Assembly: GCA_963793865.1 (NCBI GenBank)
Contig: CAWCBP010000001.1
Location: 1,152,001-1,216,000 of the forward strand
Direction of reading: 5' to 3'
Source of the DNA: an uncultured delta proteobacterium
GTDB taxonomy: Bacteria; Desulfobacterota; WTBG01
Length of the DNA stretch: 64,000 bases
Positions within the stretch are counted from its first letter, which is position 1; each line of letters begins with the position of its first letter. Below the pieces are notes generated by a model. It ran no database searches, was not told where the DNA came from, and was given only the letters and a program-made list of their open reading frames with translations. The position numbers were made by a program, and so were the translations under genes. Shown here piece after piece: positions 1 through 8,674 of this stretch.

Positions 1-61
1 ACCGTCGACATCAGTTACACATAGCGGTTCATAACCCTGTCATTCAAACCGCAACCATCTT

Positions 62-940
62 ATGAAAAAATACTTTTACATCATCCTGGGCTCCATCGGG
101 GCAGCGCTTTTGATTGCCCTCATCATACTATCCTATGTTGACCGAACCGTGCTCTCCCCCTCCAAAACCGCCCGGGAAGTCAGCGCGCCTGAAAGCGCCG
201 GCGGACCGGTTGGGCGCGTTCCCGGGCAGCCTGTCGCGGCAGATAATGAGGCTGCCGCATCCCGCCGGGGAGGCTTTTCCGAGGAAGGGGGCTCGATATC
301 TTCTCCCTCGCTCAACCTGCGGCTTATCGGCACCACCGTCTTCGGGGAAAAATCCACCGCCATCCTTGAAGACACCATCAAGGGAACCCGCGGGGTCTAC
401 CGGCTCAGGGACAGCGTGCGGGGATTTACCCTGGCCGCCATCGACAGTAACAGCGTCACCCTGACTGCGGGCGGCCAATCTCATGTTCTGACCCTCTCCC
501 CCGGTGCCGGTCAGCCGGATGCCGATTCATTTTTTACAAAACTTGATGATAATTCCTGGCTGGTATCATCTGCCAAGGCAACCGACATGGTAAGCCACAT
601 CGACCAGTATACGGGACAGGTGATCGCTTTTCAGCATCGCGAGAACGGCGAAGCCGCCGGCTTCAAGATCCGTCACCTGAAGGAAGGCAATGATTTTGAA
701 AAACTGGGGCTCAAAAACAATGATATCATAAAACGGGTCAACGGATTGGAAGTAAACGACCTCACCGATGTGCTTCAGGCAGTGTATCAGCTGAGCGACG
801 AGACAGAGTTCACCCTTGAGGTGCAGCGGGGGGACGGAATGCAGGACCTTAATTACCGTCTGGATAAAAATGTGAACGCGCTGGCGCCGATCATATCCCG
901 CATGCTCAACATCCCGCTTTCCGCCGTCGGCATCCAGTAG
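62..940 (+). CDS. gspC: Type II secretion system protein C (N-terminal TM, HR domain, PDZ domain)
   Basis: N-terminal TM; HR motif LNLRLIGT...AIL...GVY..GF.L.AI; PDZ-like GFKIR...LGLKNNDIIKRVNG. Confidence 0.85.
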   Translation: MKKYFYIILGSIGAALLIALIILSYVDRTVLSPSKTAREVSAPESAGGPVGRVPGQPVAADNEAAASRRGGFSEEGGSISSPSLNLRLIGTTVFGEKSTAILEDTIKGTRGVYRLRDSVRGFTLAAIDSNSVTLTAGGQSHVLTLSPGAGQPDADSFFTKLDDNSWLVSSAKATDMVSHIDQYTGQVIAFQHRENGEAAGFKIRHLKEGNDFEKLGLKNNDIIKRVNGLEVNDLTDVLQAVYQLSDETEFTLEVQRGDGMQDLNYRLDKNVNALAPIISRMLNIPLSAVGIQ

Positions 941-1057
941 CTTTGCATACCTCACGTCCGGCCTGGATCATGTGCCGCAGGTCGGACATTGACATCTTTT
1001 TTCCGGCGTCAGGCGCATGCACCCGCTTTTCCTCACCGAAACCGGTGCATTTACCGT

Positions 1058-1360
1058 ATGCATCCTGAAGATGACAGCTTTTTTCATGAACCGGTGAAGA
1101 TCCCCTTGGAAGATTGGCTGGACCTGCACACGTTTTCACCCGGGGAGATTCCCGGGCTGATCGAGGAATATCTGGGGGAGTGCCGTACAAAAGGATTCGC
1201 CAGGGTCAGGATAATCCACGGAAAAGGGACCGGCGTGCTGCGGAACCTTGTGCACGCGTGCCTGAAGAAAAACCCCCTCATCGAACGGTTTTACCAGGCT
1301 TCGCCCGCAGAGGGGGGATGGGGCGCAACCATTGCCGTCCTGAAGGAGACAGCCCGCTGA
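1058..1360 (+). CDS. Small MutS-related (Smr) domain protein
   Basis: LDLH, VRIIHGKGTGVLR and GGWGAT motifs; ATG at 1058 chosen. Confidence 0.9.
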   Translation: MHPEDDSFFHEPVKIPLEDWLDLHTFSPGEIPGLIEEYLGECRTKGFARVRIIHGKGTGVLRNLVHACLKKNPLIERFYQASPAEGGWGATIAVLKETAR

Positions 1361-1429
1361 CCTGCTCATCAGCGCCGGCGCCAAACCGACTCTCGAAGCG
1401 GGCACAATGCCGCAGGGCCGCTCGCTTCC

Positions 1430-2830
1430 TCACCGGCTTTCAAGGGGAACATACGTATTGTTGAACTCACCGATGTACATGGCCCGGGGGCGGAATATCC
1501 GGTTGTGCTGCAAGTATTCCATCACCCGCGCCGTCCATCCTGCAGTTCGGCTCACCGCAAACATGGTGGTAAACATGTCCGGGGCAATATCCAGGCAGCT
1601 GTAGACAATGCCCGAGAAAAAATCCACGTTGGGAAAGATCTTCTTCTCGGCGCCGAGTCGCGAACTCATTTCCTTTTCCAGATCCTGCGCAATGTCGAAG
1701 AGCGGCTTTTTGTCCCGCCGCTTTTGCTCGACCAGAAATTGCGCCAGCGGGCCGAGAATGCGGGCCCGGGGATCATAGGCCTTGTAGACGCGATGGCCGA
1801 AGCCGGGAACCCTCCCTTTTCGGGCCATCACCTCGTCCAGCCAGGGGTTCACCCGCTTCGCCTCCCCAATTTTCATGAGGGTGCGAATGACCTCTTCATT
1901 GGCGCCTCCGTGAAGCGGGCCGTGAAGCGCCGCGATACCCGCGCCGACCGACAGATAGATGTCGGACAGGGTGGAAGCGACCACCAGGGTGGCAAAGGTG
2001 CTGGCGTTCATGCCGTGGTCCGCATGCAGAATCAGCGCCACGTCCATGACCCGCTCCTCCAGCGGCGACGGCCTCCTGCCGCTCATCATGTAGAGCAGAT
2101 TGGCGGCGTGCCCGAGCTCGGGATCCGGCTCAATCGGCATCCGGTTCTGCCGGACCCGGCCGATGGCGGCGGTAATGGTGGCAACCCCGGACAGAATATG
2201 CAGGCAGGCCTCAAGCCCGCCCGGGTCCTGCAGCCGCGTATCCCCCGCTTCCCGTTCGGCAATGACCGGGCGGTTGAATTCGTAAATGGCCTTTTGCTCA
2301 CCCCGGGGCACGGTCTCCATGGGAATGGAATCTTCATCGCTGCTGATGGCATCGCCCGTGCCCGGCTTTCCCTCCTCCTGGTCGGCATAGGTAAATTCCT
2401 GCCGCATCAGGTTCGTGCCCAGCCGCAGCGCGGACATGGCGTTCATCGATTCCACCTCAAAGCCCATCAGCATGCGCAGCGTCTTGTTGAGCAGGCGGTA
2501 CCCGACCAGCCTCTTTTTATAAGCGGCGAGCTGCGCGCTGCTTGGAAGCGCACCATACATGAGCAGGTAGCTTACCTCTTCATAGGTTGAATGGGCACAG
2601 AGGTCGAATATGTCGTAACCGCGGTATATGAGCCAGCCCTTGGTTCCATTGACATATCCGATTTTGCTTTCGCAGGCGATGGCACCTTCAAGGCCTGGCC
2701 CCACCGTGCAGGTCAGGGGCCATTCCACCGACCGCGTCACCGCCGGGTCCGGGGCATCTTTGGTTTCGCGCCGGGCCTTTTCCCCCGCCGCCTCTATCAA
2801 ATCGGTAATCTGCTGCAAATCGTCGGTCAT
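1430..2830 (-). CDS. gltA: Citrate synthase family protein (citrate/2-methylcitrate synthase) with an acidic insertion
   Basis: GLEG, LIYRGYDI, HADHGMNAST, LHGPLHGGANE, PGFGHRVYK.YDPRA and FPNVDFFSG motifs. Confidence 0.9.
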   Translation of the reverse strand: MTDDLQQITDLIEAAGEKARRETKDAPDPAVTRSVEWPLTCTVGPGLEGAIACESKIGYVNGTKGWLIYRGYDIFDLCAHSTYEEVSYLLMYGALPSSAQLAAYKKRLVGYRLLNKTLRMLMGFEVESMNAMSALRLGTNLMRQEFTYADQEEGKPGTGDAISSDEDSIPMETVPRGEQKAIYEFNRPVIAEREAGDTRLQDPGGLEACLHILSGVATITAAIGRVRQNRMPIEPDPELGHAANLLYMMSGRRPSPLEERVMDVALILHADHGMNASTFATLVVASTLSDIYLSVGAGIAALHGPLHGGANEEVIRTLMKIGEAKRVNPWLDEVMARKGRVPGFGHRVYKAYDPRARILGPLAQFLVEQKRRDKKPLFDIAQDLEKEMSSRLGAEKKIFPNVDFFSGIVYSCLDIAPDMFTTMFAVSRTAGWTARVMEYLQHNRIFRPRAMYIGEFNNTYVPLESR

Positions 2831-2848
2831 AATTACTCCACCCGTTGG

Positions 2849-5104
2849 TTAACCCTCACCGGCCGTTTCCGGCCGGGCGCCCGCTGCCTGCAGCGGTGAT
2901 TCCAGGGGCAGCTTTATGACGAACATGGTACCCCTGGGTATTCCCCGCATCACTTCGATCGTACCTCCATGATTATTGATTATTTGCGCCGAAACAGTAA
3001 GTCCCAGACCGGAACCGGTGGACTTGCTGCTGAAAAAGGCGTCAAACAGTTTGTCAATATTCCCCTCGTCTATGCCCACCCCGGTATCCGCAATTTCAAT
3101 CTTCACCCACCCGTCCTCCTGCCGGGTAGAAACGGTAATGCACCCGCCGTCAGGCATTGCCTGGATGGCATTCCTGATAATATTAATGATGACCCTCCTG
3201 ATCTGGTTTTCGTCCAGGCAGAGCAGCGGCAGCCCCTCGGCAGGACGGCACTCAACGCTTACCCTGTTTTCCTCCAGCTCTACCGCCAGGATCTCCACAA
3301 TCTTGGCGATGATGGCGTTGCAGTCGGCAAGGGTACACGTCGGTTCCGCGGGCTTGGCAAAATAGAGAATGTCCGCCAGGATATTCTCGAGATTGCTGAT
3401 TTCTTCGATGATGATTCTCAAATAGTTCCTGTTGAGCTCTTCGCCTTCCATGTCCTTTTTCAGCAGGCGGCGCGCAAAGCCCCCGATGGCCACCATGGGA
3501 TTTCGTATCTCGTGGGTAACCTTGGCAGCGAGTTCCCCGACGGCTGAAAGCCGCTCGTAGCGAATGAGCTTATCCCGGTTTGCCTGAAGCTGGTTGTAGG
3601 CGCTGCTCAGCTCATCCAGCTTCTCCTCAAGGGTCTGATAGAGATTCGAGTTTTCAATGGCAAGACTGGCGTGATTGGCAAAGGCCCGAAGCCGCTCCAC
3701 ATCCTCATCGGTGATGGCCTCGCGGTTGATAAAATTGTCCGCCAGCAGCACACCCAGCGGCTTGCCGCGTGATGCCAGGGGCACCAGCGCGAAATCACCG
3801 GTCCCCAGGAGCGCGAGCAAGCCCTTGTCAATGAGGGGATTTTCGAATCCGTTCATGACATTAAATGATTTTCCTTCCTGCACGCACACGGTAAAGATGG
3901 ACTCGGCGCCGGTGAGCGATATTTTCATCTGCCTGACCAGACTGTTGATGGGCTCATCCTCCTTCGACAGCCCCCCCTGCCGCGACTGCAGGAGCGCTTT
4001 GAGGGTGTGCTTCTCGTGCGATAAGCTGTCCCAGATCTGATATGCCTCGCCGGCGCTGAGTGAGCCGGTGGCCACCCTTCCCTCGAGAACCGATCCGTCG
4101 CTGTTGATCAGAAAAAGGAAGGCCCGATTGAAGCCCAGCGCCTGGTACGCGGTTGCCCCGATCAGGATCATGTGAAGGATTTCATTGAGCTCGCGGGTGC
4201 TGAGGAGCACCTCGCTGATCTCGTTCATAATGAAGAGCTCGGTGACCTTGTTCTGCAGCCGCTCTTCCATGCGTGCTTTTTCCTCGAGCGATTTCTTTCT
4301 CTCGCTGATTTCACGAATTATGGCCACCGCGCCTATTCGGGACCCGTTCTCGCTTTGCAGGGCGTGAATGTTCTGCTCAACGGGTATTATTCTTCCGTCG
4401 CTGTGCACATAATAGCTTTCCCAGTTGGCAATCCTCCCTTCCCTTATCAGGCGGGTCCTGTGCTCTTTCATGCGGTCCAGATACCGGTCATCTATGTCCA
4501 CATACTCCCCGGTGACGGATTGATACCTGCCCTTCCGGGAGGGGGTGAAGTCAAGGACGTGCTTATTGAGTATCTCCTGCTTATCCGTGCCCACAAGCTT
4601 CATAAACGAGTTGTTCACCCTGGTAATGATCCCCTGTTCATTTGAGATGACAATGGAGTCCAGGGAGCTTTCTATGACATTTTCCAGATATTCATTCAGT
4701 TCCCTGAGGCTGCTGCTGGTGCCGATGGCGTCAGCCCTCAGCTGCCGCTCCTTTATGACCCGGTTCAGTTTTGCCTGCACCTCGTTTTCGGTGAACGGCT
4801 TGAGTATAAAATCACTGGCCCCGGCATTGATCACATCGGTAAAGGTAAAGTCGCCGGCGTACCCGGTGACGCTTATCACATCAGCATCAGGATGCCTTGT
4901 CTTTATCTCTTTTATCAGCTCTATGCCGTCCATGCCCGGCATTCTGATATCGGTAATCACCAGCGAAATGTCACCCTCCTCATGAAGCATGGTCAGGGCC
5001 TGTAGTCCATCTGCTGCCGTCCGGCATCCGTAGCCGAAGCGGGTCAGCATTTCATGAAAGATTTCCCGTATCTGGGGATCATCATCTACGACTAGTATCT
5101 TCAA
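2849..5104 (-). CDS. Hybrid sensor histidine kinase (REC-PAS-GAF-HisKA-HATPase)
   Basis: KILVVDDD...TDIRMPGMDG receiver; PAS; GAF; HEIRNP H-box; N, G1 (DTGVG), F and G2 (GSGLGL) boxes; TTG start. Confidence 0.9.
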   Translation of the reverse strand: MKILVVDDDPQIREIFHEMLTRFGYGCRTAADGLQALTMLHEEGDISLVITDIRMPGMDGIELIKEIKTRHPDADVISVTGYAGDFTFTDVINAGASDFILKPFTENEVQAKLNRVIKERQLRADAIGTSSSLRELNEYLENVIESSLDSIVISNEQGIITRVNNSFMKLVGTDKQEILNKHVLDFTPSRKGRYQSVTGEYVDIDDRYLDRMKEHRTRLIREGRIANWESYYVHSDGRIIPVEQNIHALQSENGSRIGAVAIIREISERKKSLEEKARMEERLQNKVTELFIMNEISEVLLSTRELNEILHMILIGATAYQALGFNRAFLFLINSDGSVLEGRVATGSLSAGEAYQIWDSLSHEKHTLKALLQSRQGGLSKEDEPINSLVRQMKISLTGAESIFTVCVQEGKSFNVMNGFENPLIDKGLLALLGTGDFALVPLASRGKPLGVLLADNFINREAITDEDVERLRAFANHASLAIENSNLYQTLEEKLDELSSAYNQLQANRDKLIRYERLSAVGELAAKVTHEIRNPMVAIGGFARRLLKKDMEGEELNRNYLRIIIEEISNLENILADILYFAKPAEPTCTLADCNAIIAKIVEILAVELEENRVSVECRPAEGLPLLCLDENQIRRVIINIIRNAIQAMPDGGCITVSTRQEDGWVKIEIADTGVGIDEGNIDKLFDAFFSSKSTGSGLGLTVSAQIINNHGGTIEVMRGIPRGTMFVIKLPLESPLQAAGARPETAGEG

Positions 5105-5707
5105 CGTTTACCCCGTCATAAACCTGTTGGGTGACACTGTATTCCGGCGAGAAGCGCCCATCCCTGCGAGGGATCATTGCCGCATGCCCATAATGGCATG
5201 GTGCGGCTCAAAATAAAAAAACTCACTTTCATCGCAGTCATCCTTAAAAAGCGAGGTCATTCTCACGTGCTTACATGACAACCCTTAAATAGTAAATAAT
5301 ATAAATGCCGGGTCACGTCAATTAAAAACAGGTTGAACGCTTGTAACGAGGAAAACAATGTGATCGGTCCGTGCGGGCAGGTATAATTTTATATGTCGGC
5401 CTGTATACTAATCTGTAACCATCCCCCGCAAAATTCGATCGTGAGCGGCTGAAGAACATGGCGGCTACGATTGTGCCCGGTATGTTGACAGTCCCCCGAC
5501 ATCGCCGCCGCATTACCAGCACATACATGTCGAGCGCGCGCGCCGTCGATTTTGCATCAGGTGAACAGGCATAGAGCATGCTGGTACAACTATTGCATTT
5601 GTAGTGGTTTGAAGGCTTGTTCATCGCCCGCTCAGGCCGACTCGCTTACAAATCAGCGTGATGCACATACCCGCTCGCCTTACGTCCGGTTAACGGCAGG
5701 CCCTGCA

Positions 5708-6232
5708 ATGCAAAAGAGAAGCTTTACCCGCTATGATGTGCATATCGAAGGACGATATTGCGCAGAGGACGGGAACCGGGAATGGAAACCATGCCTCATC
5801 ACCAAGATAAGCCGCAAAGGCATCGGCGTGGTGTTTCCTGCCAACGGACTCCCTGTGCCGGGTTCATTGCTTGTGTTCAGCATATCCCCCTCGCAGGGGT
5901 CTGAAGCAATACATCTGCGGGGAGCGCTTAAATGGCTTCAGACCATCGACGGCAGGCAGAGCGGCGGGATAGAATTGAACCGGATAGTGGACGAACTGCA
6001 ATGGCTGCAGCTGATTTACTTTATCCGTCAGCCGGAAGCTGAAAAGCGGGTTATCGACCTCAGAACCATGCCTGAGCATCGGGCCTTGAAAAACAACCGT
6101 GCACCCTCCCCCGGCGAAAGTAATAATGCCCACCAGGCTGGACTATATAAAAAACATTCTCAATTACAAGATTCTCTAGTCCAAACCTCCTCATCTACCG
6201 GCAGCACGCAATCCCCTGCCGGGACTCGTTAA
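5708..6232 (+). CDS. PilZ-domain protein (C-terminus uncertain)
   Basis: RSFTR (RxxxR) and KISRKG (degenerate D/NxSxxG), G.LKW strand; ATG at 5708; possible +1 shift in the C5 run near 6110. Confidence 0.65.
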   Translation: MQKRSFTRYDVHIEGRYCAEDGNREWKPCLITKISRKGIGVVFPANGLPVPGSLLVFSISPSQGSEAIHLRGALKWLQTIDGRQSGGIELNRIVDELQWLQLIYFIRQPEAEKRVIDLRTMPEHRALKNNRAPSPGESNNAHQAGLYKKHSQLQDSLVQTSSSTGSTQSPAGTR

Positions 6233-6259
6233 AACTGCGGCTCATCAATCAGTGATCAA

Positions 6260-8476
6260 TTAATAACTGCACCACGGTACTGTCGCGCAGGATGGACATG
6301 GGTTGTTGAGCCCGTTCCTTCCAAAATCAGACTTGAACCGTGCCGCATCGCTTCCATCCACGTTGCCGTTGCATGAAAAATCTCCGTTGCACGGATCTCC
6401 GGCATTGCATGGCCTGGTCATGGTATTGCGGCCAAAATCCACTTTGAAGATCGCTGCGTCCGACCCGTCACAATCATTATCGCCGTTAAAATTACCTTCG
6501 CAATCACAGGCATTGCCGCACCCGTTCCCACCCGGAGGTAAAGTGTCTTCCTGGGCGGAATTAGTGTCAGCAGGACAGTTATCGTCACAATTCTCTGTTG
6601 CCCCACCGGCACAAAAATTATCGCCGGGAATGCCGCTGTAGTCTCCATCAATAAAAATCCCATCGTTATCAGAAACCACCGTTTCCTCCGCGACCTTCAG
6701 AATCTGGACATCTTCGTCGAAAACGGTGTACTCCGGTTGCTTGGCGGTAAGCAGTTGAAAGCTTTGATCGCGCTGGATGTTGTTCACGCTGAAGGTTTCA
6801 GTCGTATCATCGGTGTAATGTACGGTAAACTCAACCGGCATAATGTAGTAGTTGCGCAGCGGTGTCCCTGCAATATCCAGCACCGAATGGCCCTGCGTCT
6901 GACGGAGGTTGACATCAACCTCATAGCCGCCTTCGCGACTCGAATTCTCATAGGTCACTTCGTAGGTCGGCCGGTACGGGGTATAGATCCACTGGTTGAA
7001 AAAGTCTGTGAGTGAACTGCCGTAATACGTTTCAAGAACGCTTTTTAAATCATCGGTGGTCGCGTTTCCGTATGCATGAGCCGCACCAAAGGCCTTCAGC
7101 GCATTTATGAAGCTCACATCACCCATGATATAGCGCAGCATATGGAACACCCATCCCCCTTTTTCATAAATCGCACCGGTTGGCAGAAAGGGCATGAGAA
7201 GGTCTTCATCTTCAACATAGACCGTTTCAGCCAGTTCACCGGCATAAAGGCCATCATCGTAATTTACTGCCATGAAGGGGCCGGCAGGCTCTCCCGAGTC
7301 ATACTCGTGGAAAAGAACTTCAGAGTAAGTCGCCAGACCTTCGTGGAGCCAGAGGTGATTCCAGGTAGCACAGGTTACCCAGTCTCCCCACCACTGGTGT
7401 GCAAGCTCATGAACAATCACATCCCAGTTTACTGCAGCCCTGGCAGCCCTGTAAGCCAGGCTGGTCATGGTCTGGTTCTCCACGCTTCCCATGCTGTTGA
7501 GTGTCTCGGCAAGAGCATATTTCTCATTGATAAAAGGATATTCTCCATAGATCTGGGCAAAATATTCCATAGCATCCTTGGTCACGGGAAAATCATTCCT
7601 GGCCTTGATTTCATCCTCCGGAAATGCGTAGTAATATATGGTCATTGTGGTCGCATCCAGAGGAGATACGTAGGTATCCGTCCAGGAAACATAATCTGTC
7701 ATAGTAACCGCCAGCACATCAGTATATAAGGGGTTATTCTCAATCCAGTGGGCAGTTTTTGTCCCATCACCATTATTCACCTCGCTTTGGAGAAGCCCGT
7801 TGGCCACCCCTACCATCCAGTCAGGAAAGGTCATGTATATATCTGCAGTCGCCTTGTCACCGGGAACATTATAACAGGGAAACCAACCCGGAGCCATGTA
7901 CGGCTGGTCAACGCTGCAAATACCCGGAGTGCCCGTAAGCGTCGTACACGGGGGGGTGGCACAGTGCAACCTGAACATCAGTCCCTGATAGATCTTTCCA
8001 TAGAGATGGGTATAATCAACCACGATCACAAACGCCTCATCCGGCGCAATGGGATCAGCACTCAGATCCATCAAGATCTTATCCTGCGACCTTGTATAAC
8101 TGGAAAATGGATTACCGTTCAAGGTGAGCGAATTGATGGTGATGTTGTCATACAAATCTATAATCAGCTGATTCAGTGTCTGCGCCTTTGCCTTTCCGCT
8201 TATAGTTGTCACCGCATCAAGATATGCAGTATCAGGATAAGAGGCTCCCAGGTTAAACTCCGCCTCAATGGTGTAGTGGAGCATATCTACTTCCTGATAA
8301 ATGGGGGGGTATGTCTGACTGGCCAAGGAGAAGGGTGGATATTCAAACTCTCTCCAGGCATGGTCGAGGACCGGTGCAGCGCTCATTTGTGAAAAGAGCT
8401 GCGCGTTCGGGTATGCACTGAATGCAACTGTACATGCGACGATCAGCAAAGATAGCTTCTTCACCCGATTCATCAT
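6260..8476 (-). CDS. Secreted M1-family zinc aminopeptidase with C-terminal Cys-rich dockerin-like module (type A)
   Basis: Signal peptide; GSVEN (GxMEN-like); HELAHQWWGD...LHEGLATY (HExxH-x18-E); IYEKGGWVFHMLR; duplicated GNF..D.D.DGSDA..FK.DFGR tail. Confidence 0.9.
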   Translation of the reverse strand: MMNRVKKLSLLIVACTVAFSAYPNAQLFSQMSAAPVLDHAWREFEYPPFSLASQTYPPIYQEVDMLHYTIEAEFNLGASYPDTAYLDAVTTISGKAKAQTLNQLIIDLYDNITINSLTLNGNPFSSYTRSQDKILMDLSADPIAPDEAFVIVVDYTHLYGKIYQGLMFRLHCATPPCTTLTGTPGICSVDQPYMAPGWFPCYNVPGDKATADIYMTFPDWMVGVANGLLQSEVNNGDGTKTAHWIENNPLYTDVLAVTMTDYVSWTDTYVSPLDATTMTIYYYAFPEDEIKARNDFPVTKDAMEYFAQIYGEYPFINEKYALAETLNSMGSVENQTMTSLAYRAARAAVNWDVIVHELAHQWWGDWVTCATWNHLWLHEGLATYSEVLFHEYDSGEPAGPFMAVNYDDGLYAGELAETVYVEDEDLLMPFLPTGAIYEKGGWVFHMLRYIMGDVSFINALKAFGAAHAYGNATTDDLKSVLETYYGSSLTDFFNQWIYTPYRPTYEVTYENSSREGGYEVDVNLRQTQGHSVLDIAGTPLRNYYIMPVEFTVHYTDDTTETFSVNNIQRDQSFQLLTAKQPEYTVFDEDVQILKVAEETVVSDNDGIFIDGDYSGIPGDNFCAGGATENCDDNCPADTNSAQEDTLPPGGNGCGNACDCEGNFNGDNDCDGSDAAIFKVDFGRNTMTRPCNAGDPCNGDFSCNGNVDGSDAARFKSDFGRNGLNNPCPSCATVPWCSY

Positions 8477-8566
8477 TGTCTTACCCTCCTCTCGATTGCA
8501 TTTTTTAGTATATCAATCATGCAAGCAACGACTCATGATCATATCCCCGGACAATATCTGAAATTT

Positions 8567-8620
8567 CAGTAGGGGCACACTCATTCGCTATACATTCGCC
8601 GCATAAAGCCGCTCCTACCG
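8567..8620. repeat. GTAG-type REP-like palindrome, family R2 (degenerate copy)
   Basis: GTAGGGGC...ATACATTCGCCGCATAAAGCCGCTCCTAC resembles the copies at 32086 and 58602. Confidence 0.6.
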
Positions 8621-8674
8621 ACTATCAATGTTCCTTCCTGAGAAAAAAATTCCCGGATTTGAGCCTGTACAAAT

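Noticed and set aside
1..24. End of an upstream gene (TVDISYT-stop)
   Set aside because: Too short to support a call
1505..2590. Long antisense ORFs (361 aa here; 356 aa at 60299-61369 and others)
   Set aside because: Shadow frames of conserved genes in GC-rich sequence, with no motifs
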